NCBI RefSeq assembly: GCF_009914755.1
Contig: NC_060943.1
DNA length: 64,000 nucleotides
DNA from: the human T2T-CHM13v2.0 reference genome, Homo sapiens
Strand: one strand, 5' to 3'
Shown piece by piece: positions 1-64,000 of this stretch. The notes under the pieces were generated by a model that saw nothing but the letters and a program-made list of their open reading frames with translations, did not search any database and was not told where the DNA came from. The position numbers and the translations under genes were made by a program. Within the stretch, counting starts at the first letter, position 1. Every line of letters starts with the position of its first letter.

Positions 1-1346
<1,346 letters not shown>

Positions 1347-1539
1347 TAGCAGATCTTGCCCTAGAGTCTCCTGAAACAAAAGGTAGACTGAGTGTAAATA
1401 AAGCTCTAGCCCAGTCCAGCCTAGCTCAATTCCTGATTGGACTGAGGTGATCAGCCTGTTATCCTATCTGCCTAAGAGAGGGAAAGGACACTTCTCACTG
1501 GGCAAAGATGACATTGCTTCATCCCTATGGTTCTTTTTT

Positions 1540-2400
<861 letters not shown>

Positions 2401-2825
2401 AACCACTGTTATACCACCCCCCTCAACAATGCCTATAAATGTTTGTTGAAAATGAGTGAATGAATGTACTCCAATCATTTTCTCACTTGGATGTTCCCTA
2501 CTTTTTGCTCTTCTTAGAAAATAATAAATGGTACAATAATATCTCCCATCTATTGTAGGCTGACAATATCTCAGTACTACAGCCCCCCACATTTTCACAT
2601 AACCTTATGAAGTAGTTGGTGTTGTTACTGTCTCCATTACAGGGGAGAAACCTGAGGCTCAGAGATGTTATGACTTAAGTAGTCTGTCCTAGCACTTTAA
2701 CCTGCTCTGCTAATCCTAATGTCTATACTCATACCAGTGACTGTGTTCTCCCACCTTTACTATCCTGTGCCTTCTGTGACCAAGTCCCTGGATCATGTGA
2801 CCCCATCTTCCCCTGGCCCACTGAC

Positions 2826-43415
<40,590 letters not shown>

Positions 43416-43587
43416 GGTCCTCGCGTCCCGCCGCCGCCGCCCCGGGCCCCGGCCCCGCCGCCGCCGCCGCCTCCCGGTTCTGGGCAGCCGGGGCGGGGCG
43501 GGGCCGGCGCGGGGGCGGGGCCCTTCCGGGTGGCCCGGGCCGCTCCGTGCTGCCCCTGCAGGCCGGAGGGGTCGCCTGGAGTCCTGG

Positions 43588-44030
43588 GGGCTGGGGAAAC
43601 TGAGGCTGGGGACGGAGAGGAGGCCCCGGGATCCAGGCTGGGCGGGCCCCAGACTCCCGGGCTGGGGGGACGCTCTTTCTACCCTAGGAGAAGGGCTGGG
43701 GAAACTGAGGCTGAGGAGGGAAGTTAGGGAGAGGAGGCGCTGGGACCCAGACTGGGGGTGCCCCAGACTCCCGAGCTGGCGGGGGCGCTCTTTCCACCCT
43801 GGGAGCTGGGCTGGAGAAACTGAGCCTGAGGAGGGAGGGAGGGAAGGGAGGCGCTGAGACCCGGGCTAGGTGGACCCCAGGCTCCCGGGGTTTAGTGGGG
43901 TGGTCTTACCACCCCAGGAGCAGGGCTGGGGAAACTGAAGCTCAGGAGGGAGGGAGGGAGGGGAGGCGCTGGGACCCAGGCTGGGTAGGCCCCAGATTTC
44001 CGGGGTTTGGGGGGCGCTCTTTCTGCCCTC
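43588..44030 (+). repeat. ~115-bp tandem repeat, 4 copies, immediately upstream of the DOCK6 TSS
   Basis: CTGGRGAAACTGA at 43591, 43696, 43811 and 43926 (periods 105, 115, 115), each followed by CCCCAG..CCCG..GGG..CGCTCTTTC-like text. Confidence 0.85.
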
Positions 44031-44990
44031 TGACTCCTGGCTGGAAAACAATAACGATGTTCATGTATCTAATAATCATACCTGTAAGTATAATCGTGGC
44101 CGTGCATGGTGGCTCATGCCTGTAATCCCAGCACTGTGGGGGGCCAAGGCAGGAGGATTGTTTGAGCCCAGGAGTTGGAGACCAGCCTGGGCAACATAAT
44201 GAGACCCCGTGTCCACAAAAAATGCAAAAATTAACCAGGCATGGTGGTGTGTGCCTGTAATCTCAGCTACTTGGGAGTCTGAGGGAGGAGGATCGCTTGA
44301 GCCTGGGAGGTCAAGGCTGCAGTGAGCTGTGATTGTGCCATTTCAATCCAGCCTGGGTGACAGAGCGAGACCCTGTCTCAAAAAGTCTAATTGCTAAGAT
44401 GTCATTGAGCCTGGCCCTGCAATTCACACATGCAGAAGAAATTATTGTTTTCCTCCTTTTACAGATGAGTAAACTGAGGCACAGAGGTGTTCGGGTGCTT
44501 GCTCAGTGTGACTCACAGGGGTCTCCAGCGCCTGCATTGTCCGTGCTCCCAGTCTACAGCATGGGAGTCAGAGGAGCCTGGCTAGGCACTGGAGTGCTCG
44601 GAGATGTGCCCCAGGTCCAGGTGGTGGGACCTGAGTGAGCCAGTTTGGGAGTCTAGACTTTCGGGGCCGCCTCTACCAAGAGGAAGAGGTGGGGATGTCT
44701 TGGTTAATCTATGGTCTCAAATCTCTCCCCACTGGCCTCTCTCCCAGCACTGCTGCAGCATTTTTAGAGAATTCTCCAGCCGACACTCCCCTCTGGAGGA
44801 GCTCACCCCTTTCTCACCTGCATGCCTCTGCACCGGCAGGTCCTTCCTCCTGGACAGCCCTTCTTTCCCTGGTCAGCAAATGCCCCAGGGAGAATTTGAG
44901 GTTGAATCAGACAAGGCCGTGGCTCTGCCTCAGGGCCTTTGCACGTGCTGTTCTCATTCCCATCTATGGGTTGCTGGCATTTTATCCTCT

Positions 44991-45038
<48 letters not shown>

Positions 45039-45041
45039 TTT
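44991..45041 (+). repeat. (TTTA)n microsatellite in an Alu tail
   Basis: About 12 perfect TTTA units. Confidence 0.9.
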
Positions 45042-45044
45042 TGA

Positions 45045-45456
<412 letters not shown>

Positions 45457-45992
45457 TAGCATCCTGCTAGTCAGGCCGCAGTAGGGCTGCTCACAGCCTG
45501 GCATGTGACATGTGCACACAGCCCACGTGCCTGCCCGGAGTGGTCCAGCCACTTTGGCCAGGTGGAGCTCCGCCCATCACTCCCCGCCATGCCCCACCAA
45601 GTGTCCCCGCCTTGCCTCTCAGGCTGCTGGGAGCTAGGCTGGGCAGGAAATATGCAGATGAGCGAAGATTTGCACATTTCTTAGCCTAGTTCCAGTCCAG
45701 CCCCCTTTATATCCGGTCTCCCAGCTTCCTTTCTCATCCTCCCCCCAGCTTGTTCCTGCATCAGTGGCCAGGAAGAGCCTGGGAACACCTGCATCACTTC
45801 AGTTCCCTCCTCTGTTCAGAACCTTCCATGGCTCCCACCTCACTCAGGGTAAAAGCCAAAGTCCTCCCACAACCCGCCGGGCACAGTGGCTCCCTGTCAT
45901 CCTGGCACTTTGGGAGGCCGAGGCGGGTGGATCACTTGAGGTCAGGAGCTCCAGACCAGCCTGGCCAACATGGCAAAACCCCGTCTCTACTA

Positions 45993-46148
<156 letters not shown>

Positions 46149-47399
46149 TCAAAACAACAACAACAACAAAACAACCAACAAACAAAACCAAAGTCCTCCC
46201 ACAACCCACAAGGCCCAGCATGATCAACCCTGTCACCTCCCTGGCTTGCCTCTTCCTTTTCTTTCCCTCATTCACTCCACTCCAGCTGCCCCTGCCTCCT
46301 GGATGCTTCTCTAAACACCAGGACACAGCTCCACTCAAGGACCTTTGCATGTTCTGTTCCCTTTCCCACATATGGGCGTTGCCAGTAGCCCCCTTTTACA
46401 GATAAGGAAACTGAAGAACACCCAGAGAGGGGACTCGCCCTAATGTAGCCTAGTGAATCAGTGTCAGATCCAAGATTTGACTCCAGGGAGCCTGATCCCA
46501 AAGCGGTTGTCTCTAAAGTCTCACTGGGTCTCCATCAGACCTGGCTGTGTGACCCAGGATAAATTGCTCAACTTCTCTGAGCCCCAGTTTCCTTGTTTGC
46601 TCCCTGAGAGTTCGTGGTTGGTCACAGCTTGAGACCCAGACATCAGGAGGTAGGTTGAGCCATGGAGCAGCAAACTTCAGGGCCTTGTCAGGGCCCATTC
46701 CCTGTCGAAGCCCAAGGGGGTTTTGAGCTCAGCGACTCCATGTCCTGCCTTGGTGGAAACGCTGCTTCAGAGATTGCTCCAATCAAAGGCCCTACCCCAG
46801 ATGCCTCGAGCACAGTACCCGCCCCAGTGCCTGCCAGACCTGACTGGTGAGGCTATTTCTCTCCAGAGCACCACCAGCCCTGACTCAGCTGGGTGTGGCT
46901 GGGGTGCCCCTGACAGCTGATCAAACAGAGGCTGAGCGTGGTGGCGGGGACTTTGGCCTCCTCTGCTCTACTGCGTGGAGAACACGTTGCGGACATGAGG
47001 CTGGAGCTGGTGGACCAGGGAGGAGGGGCTGTACTGGTCCAGGTTAGGGATGATAGGCCTGGATGGGGTGAGGATACAGGGGAGGTGAGAAGTCGGTGGG
47101 CTCTGAGCAGATGGCTCACTGGTGGCTGGACAGTGAGTCCATCTGCAAGTTAGAGTAAGAGAGGAGTCAAAAACCGTCTCCTTCACCCACGCTGCTGCCT
47201 AATGCTGCTCCCTCCACGTGGAATGCTGTTCCATCCACTCCTCGTCTGCCTGCACCCTTCTTTGTCCCTTATATCTCAGCTTGGACATCCCTGCCTTTGC
47301 CCGCTGCCTCCGCCATGGAGGCCCCAGTCACGCCCCAGTTGCTGGGTTACCTTTCTCTGTGGGGTTCCCAGCACCTGACATTTAGTAGGAGCTCCATAA

Positions 47400-48238
<839 letters not shown>

Positions 48239-49356
48239 TGACCACCTCTCTCCCCTGTGGAAGCTGGGTCAAGGGCTCCTCTGGGCTCCCGTCCCCTCCA
48301 GCCCCTGGGTCTCCCCATCGCAGTCCTGATCACCCTCAGAATAACTGTCTGGTTCTGTGGTGTCTGCTCCTCCCATTCCAATGTCAGCTCCATGAGGACA
48401 GAAATTTTTCTTTTTCTTTTTTCCTTCTTTCCATGACAGGGTCTTGCTCTGTCGCCCAGGCTGGAGTGTAGTGATGCAATCATAGCTCACTGCAATCTTG
48501 ATCTCCTGAGCTCAGGCAATCCTCCTGCCTCAGCCTCCTGAGTAGCTGTGGTCCCCTCCTGGGACCACAGGTGAATGCCACCATGCCCAGCTAGTTTTTA
48601 AATTGTTTGTAGAGATGGGGTCTCACTACGTTGCCCAGGCTTTTTTTTGGAGACAGGGTCTTGCTCTGTCAAACAGGCTGGAGTGCCATGACATGATCAT
48701 AGCTTACTGCAATCTCCAACTCGTGTACTCAAGCGATCCTCCCACCTCAGCCTCCCAAAGTGCTGGGATTGCAGGCGTGAGCCACCACCGTTCCTGGCCT
48801 CTCTGCCTTATTCACTGCTGTATCCCCAACACCCAGGACGCAGCTGTGCATACTATAGGTGCTCAGTAAGAGAATGAGTGAGCCAGAGTAGTACAGGGCC
48901 TCACTGGCCAGAGGACCTCAGTGCCTCTCTGTCCCCTGGTGTCCGCTATTGATACCATCAGTGTGGCAAGAGCAACCAGTCCCACAGCAGGGAGATAGCT
49001 TCCTTGTGGAGAGGGAGTCTGCCTGGGCCTCCCAAACTGAGAGGTGTCGGGGGTGATGGTGAAGAGGGAGGTTGAGTGAGGCTGCCCACTGGCCCCTGGT
49101 GCCTGTGGTGAAAATGGTGGGCCCAGCCAGCCTAGGACACTTGCCCCATCCTGCCCATAGGCAGAGGACCCTGCTGCTACGTGGAGAATTGAGGAGCAAG
49201 AGCATGCAAGGCACATCCATGCAACAGGCATCCGCGGAGCATCTACCATCTGCAGGCGCCGACTCACCCCGGGAGGTGGAATCATCATCCCGGGTCACCA
49301 TCCTACAGGTGCAGGAAACTGAGGCTGAGAGAGGAGCAGTCACCAGCCTCAAATCA

Positions 49357-49622
<266 letters not shown>

Positions 49623-50662
49623 TCAGCCTGAGCGACAAACCAAGATTCCGTCTCAAAAAAAAAAAAAAAAATCACATAACACTGGAGTCGTAGGACTCGA
49701 ACCCACGTCTGTCAACTTCAGGGAACTCTCTCCTGTGGTTTTTCAGATGCATTTCGGCAATTGGTGAATTACTTGAGTGAATGAATGGGTGTCTTGCAGT
49801 CAGTGGTGAGCTCAGAGTAGGAACAGGAATGAGCAGGATTTGGAGTCCCGAGAGACGTGGATTGGAGTTCTGGCTTGGCCACACAGCTGGACTGCGTGAC
49901 CTGGACCTCTCTGGGCCTCAGTTTCCTCATCTACAAAGTGGGCGCAGCAACCTCAGTGCTCCACTGGCACGGGGCCAGTGAGGTGGCGTCAGGAGAGCAC
50001 AAAACCAAGGGAGACACTGACGTGTTGGATTGTTTTTTCTGCTGTTTCCGGAGCCGGGGAAGGAAGCCAGAAGCCAACACAGGGTGTCCAGGCCTGCCTT
50101 TGGGAGTTTAAGTTACAAAGACAAAAGCTGGGCCTAGACAGGTCAGAGGGGCAGGACACAGGCTTCCTGTTTTTCTTTGAACAGATGGCCCAGCCACCAG
50201 ATGCTTGTCTGTCCGGACATGTGTGCATTGTCCAAGGAACTTGCTTCTTTTTAAAATACTTTATTTTTAGAGATGGTGTCTCACTATGTTACCCAGCCTG
50301 GTCTCCGACTCCTGGCCTCACGCGATTCTCCCACCTCAGCTTCCCAAAGTGTTGGGATTACAGGCATGAGCCACTACACCTGGCTGAGGCCACTTTTGTG
50401 TAAAATATTTGGAAAAATGTATATATCTGTATTTCCTTGGTTTTCCAGACATTCTCTTCAGACTTCCAAGAAACTGGTGGGACTGGAGGACGAGCAGGAG
50501 GGATGCTTTGTTTTTTAACTGACAGATTTATTGCTTAGAGTCGTGTAAATGACAGAAGATACAGCAGACAGAGGAGAGTTTCCACCCCCGCCCAGAGCAG
50601 TTTCCCCTATTAACAACTTGCATCCTGCTGAACATTTGTTATAATTGATGACCCAATCTTGA

Positions 50663-54242
<3,580 letters not shown>

Positions 54243-54454
54243 TTATCTGGTGAATGGGCCTTGCAGGCCCCATCTCACAGAGACAAGGTGTCCTAACAAT
54301 TGAGTGAAATAAGGCCAGTAAAGGGGCCACCAAAAGATGGAGGTTATTTTATTTATTTATTTATTTTTTTGAGACAGAGTTTCACCATGTTGGCCAGGAT
54401 GATCTCGATCTCTTGACCATGTGATCTGCCCGCCTCAGCCTCCTGAAGTGCTGA

Positions 54455-55007
<553 letters not shown>

Positions 55008-55109
55008 TAGCTCTGCAAAGAAAAGGAGGTGACATCACGCAGTAGTTAGACACCCAGACACTTGAGTTCAAATCCTGCACCTCAGCTCACAACACCAGCT
55101 TTAATAGAC

Positions 55110-56450
<1,341 letters not shown>

Positions 56451-57065
56451 CCTAGAGAGAGAGACATTTGCAGGGGGAATGGGTCCGTGAGATTCTAGGA
56501 ATGTGGTTATTTATCCTTGTAAATCCCAGTCACCCCTGCTGAGACAATAGGGGTGACCCATTGTGCAACCTGCAGCCAGCCAGCCCACTTTGCAAAGTTT
56601 TCTTTCTCTTTCTTTCTTTCTTTTTTTTTTTTTTTTTTTTTTGAGACGGAGTCTCACTCTGTAGCCCAGGCTGGAGTGCAGTGGCATGATTTTGGCTAGC
56701 CGTAACCTCTGTCTCTTAGGTTCAAGCGATTCTCCTGCCTCAGCCTCCCTAGTAGCTGGGATTACAGGCGTGCACCACCACTCCCGGCTAATTTTTGTAT
56801 TTTTAGTAGACACGGGGTTTTACATTGTTGGCCAGGCTGGTCTCGAACTCCTGACCTCAAGAGATCTGCCCGCCTCAGCCTCCCAAGTAGCTGGGACTAC
56901 AGACGCATACCACCATGACCAGCTAATTTATTTTTATTTTTGTAGAGATGGTGTCTTGCTATGTTGCCCAGGCTGGTCTCGAATTCCTAGGCTCAAGCAA
57001 TCCTCTTGCCTCAACCTCCCAAGTATCTGGGACCACAGGAGTGCCACCACATCTGGCTAATTTTA

Positions 57066-58509
57066 TTATTTTTAATTTTTAATTTTTAATTTTTATTTTA
57101 TTTTATTTTTTAGTATTTATTGATCATTCTTGGGTGTTTCTCGGAGAGGGGGATTTGGCAAGGTCATAGGACAATAGTGGAGGGAAGGTCAGCAGATAAA
57201 CATGTGAACAAGGGTCTCTGGTTTTCCTAGGCAGAGGTCCCTGCGGCCTTCCGCAGTGTTTGTGTCCCTGGGTACTTGAGATTAGGGAGTGGTGATGACT
57301 CTTAACGAGCATGCTGCCTTCAAGCATCTGTTTAACAAAGCACATCTTGCACCGCCCTTAATCCATTTAACCCTGAGTTGACACAGCACATGTTTCAGAG
57401 AGCAAGAGATTGGGGGTAAGGTTATAGATTAACAGCATCCCAAGGCAGAAGAATTTTTCTTAGTACAGAACAAAATGGAGTCTCCCATGTCTACTTCTTT
57501 CTACACAGACACAGCAACAATCTGATTTCTCTTTCCTTTCCCCACACTTCCCCGCCTTCCACTCGACAAAACCGCCATCGTCATCATGGCCTGTTCTCAA
57601 TGAGCTGCTGGGTACACCACCCAGACGGGGTGGCGGCCGGGCAGAGGCGCCCCCCACCTGCCGGACGGGGCGGCTGGCCAGGCGGGGGCTGCCCCCCACC
57701 TTCTGGAGGGGGCGGCTGCCGGGCGGAGGGGCTCCTCACTTCTCAGACGGGGCGGCTGGGCAGAGACGCTCCTCACCTCCCAGACGGGGTGGTGGTCGGG
57801 CAGAGACACTCCTCCGTTCCCAGACGGGGTCGCGGCCAGGCAGAGGCGCTCCTCACATCCCAGACGGGGCGGCGGGGCAGAGGCACTCCCCACATCTCAG
57901 ACTATGGGCGGCGGGGCAGAGATGCTCCTCACTTCCTAGACGGGATGGCGGCCGAGAAGAGGCGCTCCTCACCTCCCAGACTGGGCGGCCGGGCAGAGGG
58001 GCTCCTCACATCCCAGACGATGGGCGGCCAGGCAGAGACGCTCCTCGCTTCCCAGACTGGGTGGCGGCCGGGCAGAGGCCGCAATCTTGGCACTTTGGGA
58101 GGCCAGGGCAGGCGGCTGGGAGGTGGAGGTTGTAGCGAGCCAGAGATCACGCCACTGCACTCCAGCCTGGGCAGCATTGAGCACTGAGTGAGACTCCGTC
58201 TGCAATCCCGGCACCTCGGGAGGCCGAGGCTAGCAAGATCACTCGCGGTTAGGAGCTGGAGACCAGCCCGGCCAACACGGCGAAACCCCGTCTCCACCAA
58301 AAAAAATACAAAAACCAGTCAGTCGTGGCGGCGCGCGCCTGCAATCCCAGGCACTTGGCAGGCTGAGGCAGGAGAATCAGGCAGGGAGGTTGCAGTGAGC
58401 CGAGATGGCGGCATTACAGTCCAGCCTCCGCTCGGCATCAGAGGGAGACCATGGAGAGAGAGGGAGAGGGAGAAGGAGACCGTGGGGAGAGGGAGAGGGA
58501 GAGGGAGAG
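57066..58509 (-). mobile_element. SVA retrotransposon, near full length with short VNTR (probably an older A-C-type subfamily)
   Basis: On the minus strand: (CCCTCT)n head ~58440-58509, Alu-like domain, GC-rich VNTR ~57610-58080, SINE-R ~57112-57610, AATAAA at 57116-57121 and degenerate poly(A). Confidence 0.93.
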
Positions 58510-58804
58510 CTCTTTTTAATTTTTTTTGTAGAGGCCAGAGTCTTGCTATGTTGCCCAGGCTGGTTTCAAACTCCTGGCCTCAAGTGATCCTCCTGCCTCA
58601 GCCTCCTACAGTGCTGGGATTACAGGTGTGAGCCACTGCACCCAGCTGGCTATGTGGTTTCTTGTGCATCACTCTATCCCTAGTGCGCTGCACACAGCCT
58701 GGCACACAGTAGGTGCTCAGTAAGTGCTTTCTGAGTGAATGATTGGGAGAAGCAGAAAGTATTCCAAGGGAGGCATGGGCAATTGTTTTTTTGTGTTTTT
58801 TTGA

Positions 58805-58951
<147 letters not shown>

Positions 58952-59483
58952 TAGCTGGAATTACAGGCATGCGCCACCACACTTGGATAATTTTGTATTT
59001 TAGTAGAGACGGGGTTTCTCCCTGTTGGTCAGGCTGGTCTCAAACTCCCGACCTCAGGTGATCCACATGCCTCGGCCTCCTAAAGTGCTGGGATTACAGG
59101 CGTGAGCCTCCGTGCCCAGCCAGGCAATTTTGTTAATCGCTGAATCTTCCAGTTTCCACATGCCTCCTCCTCTCTCCAACCCTTCTCGCCCTAACTTTTC
59201 CAGATTGTGCATGAAATTTCTAGATTGTGCATGAATGCCCTGCCCAGCCCTGCACATTCAGAATTCATTTGAATTGAACCTGAGAGGTGGAGGTTGTACC
59301 GAGCTGAGATGGTGCTACTGCACTCCAGCCTGGGCGACAGACCGAGACTCTGTCTCAAAAACAAACAAACAAGCAAAAACCACAAAAAACCTGTACATGA
59401 GCTGGGCAAGGCTGAGTGTGGTGGCTCACACCTGTGATCCCAGTGCCTCCAGAGGGTGAGGCGGGAGGAATGGCTTGAGGTCA

Positions 59484-59732
<249 letters not shown>

Positions 59733-60048
59733 TTATCAGCTAAGTTCACAAAAAAGTAAGAGAAATCTCCAAGGAACACAGAGGAGGGGAAGTTAGTGCT
59801 GAGGCGCCACATTCCTTGACCCTGTGAGATAAAGGCTGCAGTGAGCCGTGTTCACACTGCTGCACTACAGCCTGGGCAACAGAACAAGGCTCTGTCTCAA
59901 AAAAAAAAAAAGAAAAAGAGAAAAAGAAACCTCGTCTCCAAAAAAAAAAAAAAAATTAAAAATCAGCCTGTAGTCCCAGCTATTCAGGAGGCTGCGGTGG
60001 GAGGATCGCCTAATCCCAGGAGCTCCATGTTGCAGTGAGCTGTGATCA

Positions 60049-60730
<682 letters not shown>

Positions 60731-61051
60731 GTCCCCTCTTCCCAACTGCTGCTTCCTGGCATCACCACCTCTCAGACAAAGTACTTGTATTAAATCCTTG
60801 TTTCAGTGGTGGCTTCCACGGAACCCAAACTAAGACAAGGCCACCCCAGGGTACAAAAGGTGGCATGGGGAAAGAAGAGAGTCTCTGGGGAGCATTGTCA
60901 TGCAGAGAAAGGAAAGGAGAGGTCTTCAAGGAAGTAGAGCCAGACCTCAGTTTCAGAAGCCATTGTATTTGCTCCCAGAACCCATGAGAAAAAACTTCTG
61001 CTGTGGTGGTGGTGGTGAATCCCACAATAGGAAGCTTCTCTGTGGTTTTGA

Positions 61052-62471
<1,420 letters not shown>

Positions 62472-62589
62472 TAAGGTTGAGCCCCTGGGCTGCACACTCA
62501 GCCTTGTGGATGGATGACTGGCTTTGGGCCAAGGTTTGGCTTGCAGCTTCTCCTCACTCTCAGCCTAGAGGCAAAAACTTTTCTTTCTT

Positions 62590-63600
<1,011 letters not shown>

Positions 63601-63624
63601 AATCTTTTTTTTTTTGTCCTGTAG

Positions 63625-63732
<108 letters not shown>

Positions 63733-63735
63733 TAA

Positions 63736-63909
<174 letters not shown>

Positions 63910-64000
63910 TAGTAGGGTTTTAGTAGGGTTTCACCATGTTGGCCAGGCTGGTCTCCAACTCTTGACCTCAGGTGATCCACCCACTTTGGCCTCCCAAAGT

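Noticed and set aside
49685-49715. GGACTCGAACCC, a B-box-like motif suggesting a tRNA gene
   Set aside because: No cloverleaf or A-box; continues a MIR fragment (GGAAACTGAGGCTGAGAG at ~49314) that was split by an Alu
57600-58631. 195-aa and 147-aa GC-rich ORFs
   Set aside because: They derive from the VNTR and Alu-like parts of a non-coding SVA

Overview
Human genomic DNA, very Alu-rich and GC-rich, recognisable as the DOCK6/ANGPTL8 locus on chr19p13.2. The minus strand carries the 5' ~58% of DOCK6: a CpG-island promoter at ~43.5 kb and 28 constitutive GT-AG coding exons (43415 down to 2826) that splice into an uninterrupted 3550-nt frame (MAASERRAFAHKINR...LHDFA). Two extra phase-0 in-frame cassette exons (105 nt and 93 nt) lie between exons 22 and 23. 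The complete 4-exon ANGPTL8 gene (198 aa) is nested on the plus strand in DOCK6 intron 14, with a liver-type promoter. The last ~20 kb is intergenic and mostly Alu, old L1/L2/MIR/MaLR pieces and one minus-strand SVA. I see no new protein-coding gene, RNA gene or CRISPR-like array. The most interesting uncatalogued structure is: (i) the cassette-exon pair with flanking NOVA/QKI/RBFOX-type motifs; (ii) an 11-bp-phased octamer triplet; (iii) a ~45/91-bp tandem array apparently built from the L2 3' tail; (iv) short local templated duplications. Coordinates were counted by hand: exon lengths are self-consistent, repeat boundaries are approximate.
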